A DNA stretch of 64,000 nt from Octopus bimaculoides (GCF_001194135.2 NC_068992.1:47570733-47634732), one strand, 5' to 3'. Positions 25,878 to 39,230 are shown, counted from the stretch's first letter. Numbers and translations: made by a program. Notes: generated by a model not told the origin, from the letters alone.

Positions 25878-26272
25878 TGTTTTTGAGCAAAAATGTATGT
25901 ATGTATGTATGTATGCATACATATACATGAAGACTTGAAAGTCTCTCAAATTGTATTTTTACCACTACCCACCCAACCTTGCCATTCACCATTGATAAAG
26001 TTTTTAAGCCAGTGATGTTTATTGGTAAAAATGTAAGTTCGTTCCCAAAAGAAAAATACACCAACTGCAGCTGCCAATGATGATGATGAGGCATCGGTGG
26101 CTACGATGATGATGATGATGATGATTATAAAGAAAAATCTTTATAAAATGTACAAGATCATTTAGAAGAGTTCAATATCTAAAAATAAAATAAGATGACC
26201 CAGGAATTGTGAAATGGCAGATGACCAGATAATGGTTAAAAGAACAAGTAGCATGGTCTATGAATTTATTAG

Positions 26273-26329
26273 ATTTACTTTAATGGTGGTTTTGAGCCAG
26301 AGCAGAAAATAGCGCTTCAAGGATTTTTG
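26273..26329 (+). CDS. Candidate 57-nt phase-0/0 exon (IYFNGGFEPEQKIALQGFL)
   Basis: Acceptor atttattag, donor TTG|gtaaat, open frame; no homology recognised. Confidence 0.22.
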
Positions 26330-26819
26330 GTAAATGTATATTGACCACCACAAAGAAAATATAATGAAAGTCTTAACTGGCCAAGTGGTCATTGTGCCAG
26401 ATTATTTGCACGGGTCAGCAGTTCATAACCAATCATCCAAGGCTGCCCAGTGGTTAAAGATGGTCTGGCCACTTGAACACACAATTAGGCCAGTAAACAG
26501 TAAACAAGTTCTTTGTATATGTAGTTGTTTAACCCTCAAGTCAGAACTGTTTTCAAGTAGAATCTATTATCATATGTATCCAACCATGGCCTTCACATTT
26601 ATTTATTTATATATTTATTTAATTATTCTTTATATATCTAGGGATTTACAAAGCAGACTTCAATTCTTTGTAAGAGATAAAACTGAATTATCTTTTGTCT
26701 CATATTAGAAAATAGCTTAAATCCTTCTACTTATGTACATCTCAGCTGGTCAGCTCCTGTCAAACCATCCAACCCATGCCATCATGGAGAATGGACATTA
26801 AACAATGATGATGATGATT

Positions 26820-27250
26820 ATTTAATGGCCACATTTCTGGCATGCATGGCTCAGATGAAATTTGTTGAGGCAGATTTTCTATGGCCAGATTCCCTTTTTG
26901 TCTCCATCCCTTATCTCTTTCCAAGCAAGTGATATTCCCACATAGCTAGACATGTATTTCACAGAAGACTGGAAATGAACAGCCTTGCTTGTATGACAAC
27001 AAATCCCATTTACAACTCTCAGGTCATGTCAAGACAAGGGTATATATATACACACACACTCTCTGTCTCTCTCTCTTTATCTCTGTCTCTCTCTCACACA
27101 TTCACACTAAGGGATTCACTCAGTTTCTGTCCACCTAATCCACTCAAAAGCATTAATCGGTCCAGTGCTACAGAAGATACTTGCATATAGAACCATATAA
27201 TGAAATTGAACCCAAGACCACACAGTCAGGAAGTAAGCTTCTTAACCACA
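26820..27250 (-). mobile_element. Family-B SINE, full composite (head/core, microsatellite hinge, tail type 1)
   Basis: Head gtggttaagaagctt...gggttcaat; GA/TG hinge; tail ...gaaaatctgcctcaa...attaaataatcatcatc; same tail as 44740-44975. Confidence 0.7.
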
Positions 27251-28857
27251 CACACACACACGCACCCTCACACACAGATATACATGTATTTGCCAATTGC
27301 AATCCAACTTTAAATTGCGCAACCACCAGTATTTAGATCTCGCTTCCTATTTCTGTTTGTATCCTTTGTTACGAATTTGAAGTTTGAGTGTTACACAGAA
27401 TAAATGTACAAAACAACACAAAACAAAACATGAGAGGTTGTTTATAAAATACAAGAATACCTGAACCATCAATAATGATGCAGATATTATTGAAAAATGT
27501 ACATGATGAAAGGTGCTAATGAGTGTGAAGATGTAAATAAAAATGTCAAAATAACCACAAAAAAAAATATTTATCACTCCCCAAATAGTTATACAGGTTT
27601 GATTACTTTTAATATGTATAATGGTGTAATCAATGATTCATTTATTATCCTACATTATATTATTTTCTACAATAAATGTTCTACCTAAACTTACAAATGT
27701 CATATGTGTATGTGTATTCAAAACTACCAAATTATATGCATATTAACACATGGGTACATAACCTTACAAACAGGTTACATACATTTTCTAATGGTTTTCA
27801 AGGGAGACAGGTTTAGTTTATGCAAAGGCAGCACATTTACAACAGATTTGAGACATTCTGTGCAAAAGCTACAAATGTACATTATAACCATTACTATTCA
27901 TATTCACTACAAAAGTTCCAGAAGAACAATATTTCTTGTATAGACATAAAGAGGCACCAATACACCTTAACCTTCTGAATATTGAATCTGTAATTTCAAA
28001 TTATTATATTTTTTTGTTCTGCTCAAAGCAAGAATTACATGCATGCAGTATACTAAGTAAATAGGCTAAAGTTGAATACATGATACCTCTCAGTAAATTG
28101 AATATAAAGGATAATAGTGGAATACAGTAGAATATATGAAGTAGAATAATTAATAGCAGAATAAGTGAAAATACAAATACATAGAGTGTATTAAATATAT
28201 ATTGATGAAGCATAGCATAATATATATTATATTGATTAGATTTATCAATGAGGAAAAGGAGAAAATTAATTTGATCATCAGAATTTATGAACATAAAAAC
28301 ATTAGTTGAGCATTATGAGACAAAGAAGATGGTAGAATGAACTTTCGAGTACAAAAATATAAACAGAACTAATCCAGCCAGTGTCAAAAATTTAGAGCTC
28401 GTGTCAAATGATTTAGAAAGTAAATCATATAAAGCAGAACATATTCAATAGCTCCAAATGGTTAAGTGTTACTCACAAGGAAAAGTATATGTGTACATAG
28501 CATAGAATATATATTGATTTGGTTTACACCAATTTACAATGGTGAATTGTGTCATCCTTTCAATCCAGTAATGTTACATATAAAAGTTATACCTCTCTGA
28601 TGATTTGAAATTAAGCTTTAATTATGTAATTTGCATTATGCAACTAATCATTCCATCATGTTCAATATAATATAGTGTAACTCAATATCATCTAAACAAT
28701 CTCTCTCTCTTTCTCTCTCCCTCTCTCTCTTTCTTTCTTTCTCTCATCTATATAAGTTGAATGTGTGTTTTATGTTTAACAAAAGATAACACTAACTTTT
28801 ATTAATAGAGAGTATGTTCAGGTGACTCCTCCACTAGATATTACTGGTACATACATG

Positions 28858-29200
28858 GTTGTTGTTGTTGGCACTCTGTTGCTTACGACGTCGAAGGTTC
28901 CAGTTGGTCCAATCAACGGAACAGCCTGCTTGTGAAATTAACGTGCAAGTGGCTGAGCACTCCACAGACACGTGTACCCTTAACGTAGTTCTCGGGGATA
29001 TTCGGCATGACACAGAACGTGACAAGGTTAGTGTTTTGAATACAGATATTACTCATTTCTACCAGCTCAGTGGACTGGAGAAATGTGAAATAAAGTGAAA
29101 TAAAATGTCTTGCTCAAGGATACAGCGCGTCACCGGGAATTGAACTCATAACCTTATGATCATGAGCTGAATACCCTAACCACTAAGCCACGCACCTTCA
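28858..29200 (-). mobile_element. tRNA-derived SINE sharing the family-C 3' part but with a different head/middle
   Basis: 28860-29030 closely matches 10358-10520; head gcgtggcttagtggttagggtattc...gagttcaattcc. Confidence 0.8.
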
Positions 29201-29204
29201 CAGG

Positions 29205-29315
29205 AACTGTATATAAGACATTAAGATATTTTGTGTGTTGTAGAAGTATAACGAATTTCTTGCAGATAAATTTTAGCAATAAAGTCTTATATGGACCCTG
29301 GTTGAGTACCACTGA
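29205..29315 (-). mobile_element. Partial hAT-like MITE
   Basis: cagtggtactcaaccagggtccatataagac on the minus strand; homologous to 22136-22240. Confidence 0.5.
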
Positions 29316-31819
29316 TTTAGATATTCAGTTTGTTAAATCAAATTATTGGGCAAGCCATGAGTTTTCCACACATGTGAACTTAATATAATTCCAAAGCAAA
29401 AACAGTGTGACATGGCAGGGTTTTTAAATTACATGGACAGTCCATCGAATGGGATTCTACACAGTTTCCATATGCCCATTTTAACTTAGAAGGCATGGGT
29501 TGACATGAGTCTGTGATAAAGAAACTTGCTCAAAGACAAAACAGATTATTTTATAGGAAAGGAAAATATTAACTCATAAGCTGAGTCTAAATCCTTACCG
29601 ATTAGAATGTTTTTACTAGAAAAATAATGAGTAGTGATTGTGTTATTTATCCTAGTTACATGAGAGAAAGAGAAAGCCTTTCTTGCTGTCCCTATGATCT
29701 AATCAGTTATGAGGCTAACATATTTTCCCCTGTACCACACAAATGCATAGATATATGGAGTGCAATGTTGCTGGAACAACCAGAAACAAACAGAAAAGCA
29801 AGAATCACATACTTGCACACACACACACACACACATACATACATACACACACACTTGAAGACCTGGTGGAGTTTTGGAAAATGGCAAAGAAAGGTCTGGG
29901 CGGGCCTAACAGACCTTATTATCAGAAATATGGCGTGGTTGAATTTCAAAAGAAAATCTTTGACGTTGGAACATTTCTAACAAAATAAATTATCATTTAT
30001 TTATTTATTGCTGCTGCTATTGTTGTGGAACTCCATCGCCACCCCCATCCCCCCACCCCCTCTCCCCACTTCTCTAAATTTATTTATTGAACAAAGAAAA
30101 ATTGTTAAAGGGTTTTACGTCTTTTCTTTGAAATATAAAAATAAAAAATTAATAAAAAATTTTTTTTTTTACATTGATTCTTTTCTTTTATGTTCGCTTA
30201 AAAAAGTAGAGTTTTGATTTATGAAATGTCTGTGAAATATTCACTTAGTTACCAAACTGTTATAGGAACTGTTTGTGTGCAGATCAGACTGTGGCTATTG
30301 AGCAACAACAATAGAAAGAAGAGAAAACAACAACAACAACAACAAACAAATACGTGAGCTTTTGCGATGTAGTCACAACTGCTTGATTTGGCAGGTAAAT
30401 CCCTTTCTTACCAAAATTCCCCTAAAATGTTTCAAATGTGAACTATATGAATGTGGAATATTGCTAAACATAACAGCTCTCATATTGCTAAACAGAACAG
30501 CTTTCTCATAGCTAGCCATCTTATAAAATGAAACATAGGTCAACATATTAACAATGTGGTCTGTAAGTCATGCCAACATATGATGACAGAGTTGACAGCA
30601 ATATATATGGACATATGGTGAAATGAGTGGACAGTGGGACATGTAGACCTTGATAGTAGCATCTTTTTACATAGCTTGCATGTCTTTCGCTAACTATTCA
30701 TTCACATTTAGCTTTCTTTGTGACTAACAGATTTTTCAGTATGGTACTCTATCAAAGACTTTCACCAGGTCATGTGTGTATGTGACCTTAATTTGCCCTC
30801 GCATTGATGCACGGTGTTGTTGTTGTTGTCTTTACTGGGGTTATTTAGTCAGACATTTGTTTTCCATCGCAGCACTCACATTATAGTACATGCTCAACCA
30901 CTGCGAAAAATTGTGAGATTGTAGCAAAATCCTTACAAACTTTGCAGCTTATGGAATGAATAATAAGTATGAATATATACTAATAATGATAAGTAACTTT
31001 GCATAAATTGGGTTGAATAAAGAGAAAAATGTTAAAGGCAAAAAAGCATGAAAGGTTTTAGTCATTGCTTTACATCTTTACCACACTTGAACGGATATAG
31101 GATCTTGCTGTGCTTTAATCCTTGGGAAAATTTTATTGAATTTGAACCTGAGAATGCTCCTTTGGCATTCCTGAGTCGTTTGCTACCAAAAAAAAAAAAT
31201 CTACATGGACAAATTGTTTTCAATAGTAATGCCAGAAGCTATCACAATTATGCCAGAACATAGTTCATTAATCAGTTTTCTATTGAAAAATAGGGCTTTG
31301 TGCAAAGAAATGGTATCACAATACTTCAAAGACATTATTTATGTAATACTGAAGACGTTCACATTGGCAGTTTAGTTGTGGCACAAAGGCCATTATTGAC
31401 AGAAAATGTGCCAATAATTGTTCCAAAAAGCATGCTTTTTGGTCATTTTCCATTGAAAAATACGGTTTTGTGCATCACAAATGCACTCATAACAATCCTT
31501 GTACATTGTTGCATTTTTTGACACTAAAAACATTAAAATTGGCAACGAAGATTAGAAGTAAATCTAAATATTGTCCCAAAATGACCTCAAAATTGTGTGA
31601 CTCTACCTCATTTTTGAGGTTATTTTTGTAGTAAAAATGAATTGTTGTGCAAAAATATACTTCATTTGGTAGTTGAAAGATTATTGAATCTTTTGATACC
31701 TCATTTGTTAAAATCGGCAACTCAGTTTCTCAATCCCTAGGGAACACACACACACACAAACTCTATTTTATGTATATAGATAGATATATTCACACTACAT
31801 ACACTTCTATATAAAATGT

Positions 31820-32028
31820 TATTTGTGTATTTATCCTTAACACATTTAAGCATTTCAGATGCAAAATATGTTGGGTGCTATAGTGTGTGTGTTAGAAGAA
31901 TAACTTCTCCCTTAACCTACTCTGTTGTAGTAAAAAGGAGAACATATTCCCTTAAGACAAACACTATAGCACCCAACACATTCAGTGTCTGAAGCTGCAT
32001 GGATGTGTTAAGAATAGATATGCAAATA
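31820..32028. repeat. 209-bp imperfect foldback (hairpin) element
   Basis: Arms tatttg..tat.tat.cttaacacat...tgttgggtgctatagtgt and the reverse complement; inner gaataacttctcc/ggagaacatattc and ctac/gtag closing a tctgtt loop. Confidence 0.8.
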
Positions 32029-33977
32029 TTCTTTCATCTCTATATACATACACATACATGCATATACATACATACATACATACACATATATAAGCACACT
32101 ACACACACACATACAGACATGCACATATATATATATGCACACACATACACATACATACATGCATACATACGTACACACACACATATATATATGCATACAC
32201 ACACACATATATATATATATACATACATACATACATATATATATATGCACAAACATATATATATATGCACAAACATATATATATATGCATACATACTTAT
32301 ACACACATATATATATACATGCACACAAACATACATATATATATTTATATATGTAAAGATATATTATTTACTCAGAGCTATATACAAACACATACACTCA
32401 CATGCAAGAGTGTATATATGTGAAAATATGTGCGTGATGTGTGTCTAATCCAAAGTCTCAGTAGATGTTTGTTCTTCTATCATATAATCTACAAGATCAT
32501 CTTTCCACAACAGTTTGGGACGAGGAATGGTGTCTGATGTGAAGAATCTAGCACAATTCTGATAACGGTTCTTTCACATAGAACCACACCAAGACACATC
32601 AACACTGTTGTTGTGGTTGCTGCTTCCTCCCAAGAATAAGAAAGAAAACAAAAGGTGATTTCCTGTCACTCTTATAACAACAACAACAATAATAATAATA
32701 ATAATAATAATGATAATAATAATCATTTGCAATAAGAACTAAGCAAATATTTAAATGTGATCATTAGACACAAAGGCACCTCTGCAATTAGATGTCTGAT
32801 AGAACATCACAACAATAACACCACCCCCAGCATCCCCACTACCTTACCAACAACAACATTGCCAACAACTACCAAGATCACTATCATCATCAGCATCATC
32901 ACTATCTCAGCAATCGTCAACAATACTAACACTAATACCCTCACCACCACCATCAATAACAACCACACTGGCACCAACACTACCTCCAGCTCTAATCAAA
33001 ACTACACCACCACTGCCATCAACAACACCNNNNNNNNNNNNNNNNNNNNNNNNNNNNNNNNNNNNNNNNNNNNNNNNNNNNNNNNNNNNNNNNNNNNNNN
33101 NNNNNNNNNNNNNNNNNNNNNNNNNNNNNNNNNNNNNNNNNNNNNNNNNNNNNNNNNNNNNNNNNNNNNNNNNNNNNNNNNNNNNNNNNNNNNNNNNNNN
33201 NNNNNNNNNNNNNNNNACACTACCTCCAGCTCTAATCAAAACTACACCACCACTGCCATCAACAACACCTATACCCTATCAATTTGCTAAAAATAACATA
33301 CTGTCGTCTTTGAAAAAAATAAAGGAGAGGATTTAGTGGAGTGGAAAATACAATCCATAATATACAAAAAAGTAGAGTTGGTCATGGGTAAAATGGCTCT
33401 AATTATAATCCTGCTGGACTGGACCTGACCTGGGGCAAAACAACAACAACAACAGTAACTACATCACACATGATCCTTAATAATTTATTTTGACCTGAAT
33501 TGAGTAAATTGACTCCCAGTGTATATTACTGGTACTTACATTAAGAGCCCCTGAGGAATAAAAGTAAAAGTTGACTCCAACAGGATTTGAACTCTAAAAC
33601 ATGAAAATTAAATACGGTTAAATGAATTTAACGAAGCTCTCAGTCATTTTAATTTATCAGTTCCATTGTATATTCTTCTTGTTAAATCTTAGGTCAGCTC
33701 TAATACAATAAAGCTGAGATCTGAGTTATTCCAACCATGACCATCTTGCCTTTTCTCAAGAATATTTCATTCTGTACACTATAGACATCAAAAGCTATTG
33801 TCATCTCACTTTTGTGAGATTTTGGACAAGTAATCTGCAAAGAACCGTTTTGTAGCAGACTTAATTCATTTTCACCTGAGTGACATAAAATACAGTTCCT
33901 CACCCTCACAGTTCAGCAATCAGACTCATGCCATTACAATTGTGCATCCAAAAGTGTTACTGGTAAAACAAGTATAC

Positions 33978-34373
33978 TCTTTTACTTGTTTCAGTCATTT
34001 GACTGTGGCCATGCTGGAGCACTCGAGCAAATCGACCTCAGTACTTATTCTTTGTAAGCCTAGTATTTATTCTATCGGTCTCTTTTGCCGAACCACTAGG
34101 TTATGGGGACGTAAACACACCACCATCGGTTGTCAAGCGATGTTGGGGGACAAACACAGACACACAAACATATACACACACATACATATATATGTATGTA
34201 TACATATATACGACGGGCTTCTTTCAGTTTCCATCTACCAAATCCATTCACAAGGCTTTGGTTGGCCCAAGGCTATAGTAGAAGACACTTGCCCAAGGTG
34301 CCACGCAGTGGGAATGAACCCGGAACCATGTGGTTGATAAGCAAGCTACTTACCACACAGCCACTCCTGCACC
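33978..34373 (-). mobile_element. Family-B SINE, well-preserved full composite with tail type 2
   Basis: Head gtggctgtgtggtaagtagcttg...ccgggttcattccc; core ccttgggcaagtgtcttctactatagcc; TA/TG hinge; tail ...gcatggccacagtcaaatgactgaaacaagtaaaaga. Confidence 0.85.
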
Positions 34374-34509
34374 TATATTCACCATTATCAGGGGTGTCTA
34401 AGACAATACATCACAAAGTATTTCTCCAACAATATAATATATACCTAATAACAATAATAACAACGGTTTCAAATTTTAGCACAAGGCCAGCAATTGTAGT
34501 GAGGTGTAA

Positions 34510-35030
34510 AAAAAGTGGTACGAACATAAAACCGAAGTCATTATCGAAAATGATAATGCAATGATCCTATGGGATTTTAGATTCAGTGCGACCATGAGAT
34601 AGAGAACAGAAAGCCAGACAAATTGTTAATTGAGAAAGAAAGCAAACGATACTGGATCATAGATATAGCATGCCTAGCTGACAACAAGGTATGCGATAAG
34701 GAAGAAAGGAAAGTCGATAGATAAGATAGGTTAGCTTGGGAGGTTAAGTAGTTGTGGTCGCTGAAAAAGGTAGTAGAAGTACCAATAATTGTCAGAGCCC
34801 AGGGAACAGTGAGCAAAAATCTTGAGAAGTACATGAAACAAATAGGGGCTACAATAAGGGTGGAGTATTTGTCGAAAACAGCACTGCTTGGAAGCGCTCG
34901 AATACTCCAGATGGTGCTCGAAAAATAAGGGGTGTTACCTAAGTTCACTGGTAGTGAACAGCTGGCACTGTCATACATCTCAAGTGATAGAAGCTGTGCA
35001 AAGACAATAATAATAATAATAATAATAATG
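34510..35030 (+). mobile_element. 5'-truncated R4/Dong-clade non-LTR retrotransposon (restriction-like endonuclease domain, 3' UTR, (AAT)n tail)
   Basis: WYEHKTEVIIENDNAMILWDF, frameshift, then IQCDHEIENRKPD..IIDIAC..DKEERK..VPIIVRAQGTV..LSKTALLGSARIL; stop at 34926-34928. Confidence 0.85.
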
Positions 35031-35044
35031 AATTCTTAAATAGC

Positions 35045-35400
35045 TATGAAGCTACAAATTTGGTTGAAAGGAGCAATAACTGATTGTCACAGTATCTGAC
35101 TAGTACTATATTTTATTGATCCCAAAGGATGGAAAGCTAATCTGACTTCAGCAGTATTGTAAAGAGCTGGAAGAAATGTTGCAAATGGTTTTTTTCTTAA
35201 ACTCTAATGATTCTTCTAGCTTGCTGTCTTAAACATTTTTGTATTAAGGAAAAATGCCAACAATTTTGATGGAGAAAAATTAATCAATGCCATTAACCCC
35301 CCTACTTGATTGGCACTTTAATTTATCACCCCTGGAGGAATGGAAGGCAAAAATTTGACCTCAACAGTATTTGAATTCAGTATATAAAGAGCCAAAAGTA
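35045..35400 (-). mobile_element. Two degenerate family-A SINE fragments
   Basis: ggatggaaagctaatctgacttcagcag and ggaatggaaggcaaaaatttgacctcaacagtatttgaattcag are the reverse of the family core. Confidence 0.6.
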
Positions 35401-36245
35401 GAGTTGCAAAGCATTTTGTACAATACAGAAGCCAATTCCTTGATCTTAATATTGATAATGATAATGATAATGATAGTGATGATGATCTGTTTTTGTTTAC
35501 CTCTGAGGTGCCAGATAAAGGGGTTTATTACAAAGACTAGTTTTGATGTCTGGGGTTTACATAAAATCAGGTTTTGAAGGAAAAATAAGGAAAACAGTGA
35601 AGGAGAAATGAAATGAAAAGCATACACATGATATACGAAATACGTGAATTCATTGATAATATGGTCCACCAAGTACAGGAAAGACTTCAGCTAGAGCCAA
35701 TCACAGAATCACAGAGATTCAAGACCCCTCTGACCAACAAGGGCATGTGCCCTCCCCTCAATTGATGTTCTCCATTGCAGAGGTGCATGTTTAGAGTAAT
35801 TTCATTCGCTAAACATTTTCACCAAAATCATCCACCTTTACCATCAAATAGGACAAAAATCAGCTTTGAAAATGTTGCTAGCATATTAACGATTGACATT
35901 GCAATGTTGTTTGGTTATATTGTGCAGAAGTGAGCAGATGCAAATTTGAAGAATTAAACCTAATTGGAGGATTCAAAATATTATGACAGCTAAAGAATAA
36001 TGTTTGTTATGCAATTTGTGACTGGTAAAACTGGAATAATATAGTATCATTTTTGTAAAGGAAATTCATGGTTACCCGTATAAATAGAGGCAGGGATGTT
36101 CCAGAAAAATAGAAATACTGGGATTGTAAAATACTGCTCAGACATCTGTTAAGCTAAGATATTTCTATGAATATCTTCCAAACATTTACATAATTCTTTT
36201 TAATTTTTTATGTATTTTTCAAACCATAGATAATAATGATGATGA

Positions 36246-36685
36246 TTTTAGCACAATACCAGCAATTTTAGAAAGATGGGCTTAGTCAACTAGAGTGACC
36301 CCAGTGCTTAACTGGTACTTAACTGATTGGCCCTGAAAGAATGAAAGACAAAGTTGACCCAAGTTAAATCTGAACTCATAACATAAAGAGCTGGAAGAAA
36401 TGTGCTGAGCATCTTGTCCATTGCTCTAACAAATCTTTCCGTTTGCTGCCTGAACAATAATAATAATCCTTTCTTCTACAGGCATAAGGTGTAAAATTTT
36501 GGAATAAGGGGTTAGTCAACTACATGGACCCCAGTACTTGACTGGTAATTTATTCTATCACCCCTGAAAAGAGGAAAGGCAAAATTGACCTCAGTGGTAT
36601 TTGTACTCAGAACTTAAAGAACTGGAAGAAATACCACTGATCATTTTTGTCCAATGTTCTAGCAATTCCACTTGCTCACTGCCTT
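36246..36685 (-). mobile_element. Two tandem family-A SINEs
   Basis: ccccagtgcttaactggtactt...gaaagacaaagttgacc; ccccagtacttgactggta...aaaggcaaaattgacctc; separated by (AAT)n. Confidence 0.8.
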
Positions 36686-36734
36686 AATAATAATAATAAT
36701 AATTATTATTATTATTATTGTTATTATTATTATG

Positions 36735-38880
36735 AAGATGATTTCTTTTATTGGTCACAAAGGCCTAAGACGAGATATAACATACAAACTGGTAGGATTT
36801 ATATTGATGAAAGGGAGACACTGCAACAATGAGTTTCTCCCAAAAGATGTAAAATAAAAACAGAATTTATAAAAAAAAAATTAATAAATAGTATTCCCAA
36901 AAGTGGGATTGTCTATCTAGGGTAATTCAAGGAAAACCCTCACACAAAAAGTCTTGGAATACTCTGCCAGCTCCAAGACATAAGAAGTGCCATCTTCCAG
37001 TTTTTTTTCTCCTATTTAGAAAAGCATACTCAGTGTAGGTCCATTCAGCCTCCCCAGTCTTGCCACTCTCAGCCACCTTCCAATAAAACGCTAGAAAGCA
37101 GCACCTTCTCCCTCTACGCTCACATTCCTCTTCAAATGAAAAAAACTGGTGGGTTTATCGCAACACCTCTTTTGCTATAACCAATAAAGAGAGAAAGATC
37201 TGCTTTCTTTCTCTGCTAAAGGGAGGTGGTACATTGATCTTCACTAAAAACATGGCAGACATCCAAATCCATCTTACATGAGACAATAGCTGCTCAATAC
37301 AAGCCCACAAGTTGCTAATACTGAATGTTTGGGTGCACGATGATGATTTCTTCCAACTATATATATCTTGGATAGGTTTGGATGTTCGTGCTTCCATGTC
37401 TGAAGAGCTCGTCTCAAATAGATAGCAACCCCTGTAGACTTAAATGCCAAGGTCTTTTAGAAGTAATCCATAGTCTTCAAGCTATTGATGCCCAGAGTCA
37501 ATCCCAGGCCATCATTGCTGATATCCTCAAGTAACCCCCTACAGAAATCTTAAGTTGCTTTCCCAAAAATAACTTTGTCCACGTGGTACAATGCTGCGAG
37601 AACCTGGTTACATTTTAGGTGCTAGACACCCAGTCTTCATTTATGCTTGGCCCATGACTGCAGCTTGGTCAAAAAAGATGAGCTGAAGAAAGATGTGTCT
37701 CACATAGGACACACACCAGTTCACCCTTGTCGTCGATATCATTGCAGTGATTTAGATATTTCTGCAAAGGTGTCAGCCTCAGCACAAGCTAGTGCATCTT
37801 CAAGGATGATATCAGAAGATCACTAAGGAATGAGTGTTGACAGCAGATGGATTTCTTGATGGATGACCAATGGAACCTGATCCTTCCATAAGGATCAGAA
37901 AAGCAGGTGCTCCAACCTAGTCAGTGTTTTCTGGGGACATTTTATGATGGTTAGGCATTAGTATATCACAAAAGCAATGCATGCATTCACTACTTCTCTT
38001 CAGCTTTTCAAAAGCAGCTTCCTCTCAGCCCATTTTTCTGTGAGATTGGCCACCCTGCTCACCTGTTCCCTGTTTCTATCCACTCGGAGGTCAGGTCCAA
38101 ACCAGATTCCAAGAACTGAGGACAACTTATACTATGCCTGTCTGCTATCCTAATAAAAGACCTATCTAAATATGAGCTGGATGATCCATCGCAATTTCAC
38201 CAAGCCCACATTAACATATTTGAGAAATTGAAGCAAAGCATGTTAAACAGATGGAAATGTCTGAGAAGGTTTGCAAGGCTTTTGCACACACCTCCCCTTT
38301 CAGCTGCTCTCACATAATCTTTGCTTGCACCCAAGACCCCATTCCTGTTGACCACTGACACTAATGAGCAAGATGACTTTAGACAACTACTGGCGTGAAG
38401 ACTCCACCATTTCCTTCCTTGCTGCCCATGTCCAAAACCACCAACCTACAGGCCAAGTCTTGGAAAACTGCATTTACTTCTCTATTTCAAGGCCTTTCCA
38501 AAACAGGACAGTTATGCCACTTGATACAGGTCAGCTGGAGGAGACATAAACCTTGCCGATGTCCAGAGGGAGAGACAGCAATTGTTATGGAGATCCAAGC
38601 CTTGCAGGTGGCTACTACATCCAGAGGTCATTGATCTGAGGTCATTGAGCAGGTGACCCAGCTTCGTTGCTGCCCCCAGGCCACAAGCATTTATACAACC
38701 TATTTTTAGCATTGCCCTTCTAGGAGGAGGGAAAGAAACAGAAAGAGGAGTCAGTCACTTACCCTAGTCTTGGGGGTGGTCCTTTTTCAGGGCCTCTGTA
38801 CAGGCCTTCTTCCACAATCCTTTTGTCTAATAAATTTTTGAGTTTTTCCACATCACGTGGGGAAAACATTTGAGGATGAT
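36735..38880 (-). mobile_element. Tx1-like (L1-clade) LINE relic: ORF1 end, AP endonuclease start, large internal deletion, RT thumb/C-terminus, 3' UTR
   Basis: MLKIGCINACGLGAATKLGHLLNDLRS/LDVVA, RLVVLD (APE); LGIWFGPDLRVDRN...W.ERKLLLK..EVVNA (late RT region); RFIGRWLRVARL C-terminus; AATAAA at 36747-36752 then (AAT)n; many stops and frameshifts. Confidence 0.8.
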
Positions 38881-38904
38881 GATGATTACCAAGATGATAA
38901 CAAA

Positions 38905-39230
38905 CAAATTTTCTTTTATTTGCCACAGGGACAACAAACAAAAGCAACAACAACATGCATAACAAGAACAATACAGTGTGATACAAATAATCTTGCCAGC
39001 CACATTGTCTTAGTCGGGGTAGGAAAATAAATAAATGAATAAATAAATACATAAATAATAAAACAAGTGAATAACAAAATAGAAAATATAAAAGAACAAA
39101 TAAATAGAGGGTGAGAAATAAGGATAGAAGTCTGGTATGAGAATTAATATGGGATAGTGTGTGTATGAAGGGGAGCATGATGGATGGTGGTAATGGGTGG
39201 AAGTGGTGGTGCCAGACATGCTCCAATAAT
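38905..39230 (-). mobile_element. Probable 3' UTR of a second Tx1-like LINE directly upstream
   Basis: T-rich tract ending tgtggcaaataaaagaaaat, like tgtgaccaataaaagaaat at the 3' end of the downstream element. Confidence 0.4.

Noticed and set aside
29860-29990. Protein-looking frame LEDLVEFWKMAKKGLGGPNRPYYQKYG
   Set aside because: It has no adequate plus-strand acceptor, competing open frames exist on the minus strand, and no family was recognised; it cannot be supported without data.
30950-31745. Possible DNA-transposon interior with a roughly 35-bp direct repeat (about 31275 and 31447)
   Set aside because: No matching pair of termini, TSD or transposase motif was found.
32757-33290. Thr/Asn-rich 177-aa ORF with a 53-bp repeat on both sides of the gap
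   Set aside because: It is built from decayed AAC/ACC/ATC triplets with no convincing splice sites; the repeat across the gap may be an overlap or a collapsed minisatellite and cannot be resolved.
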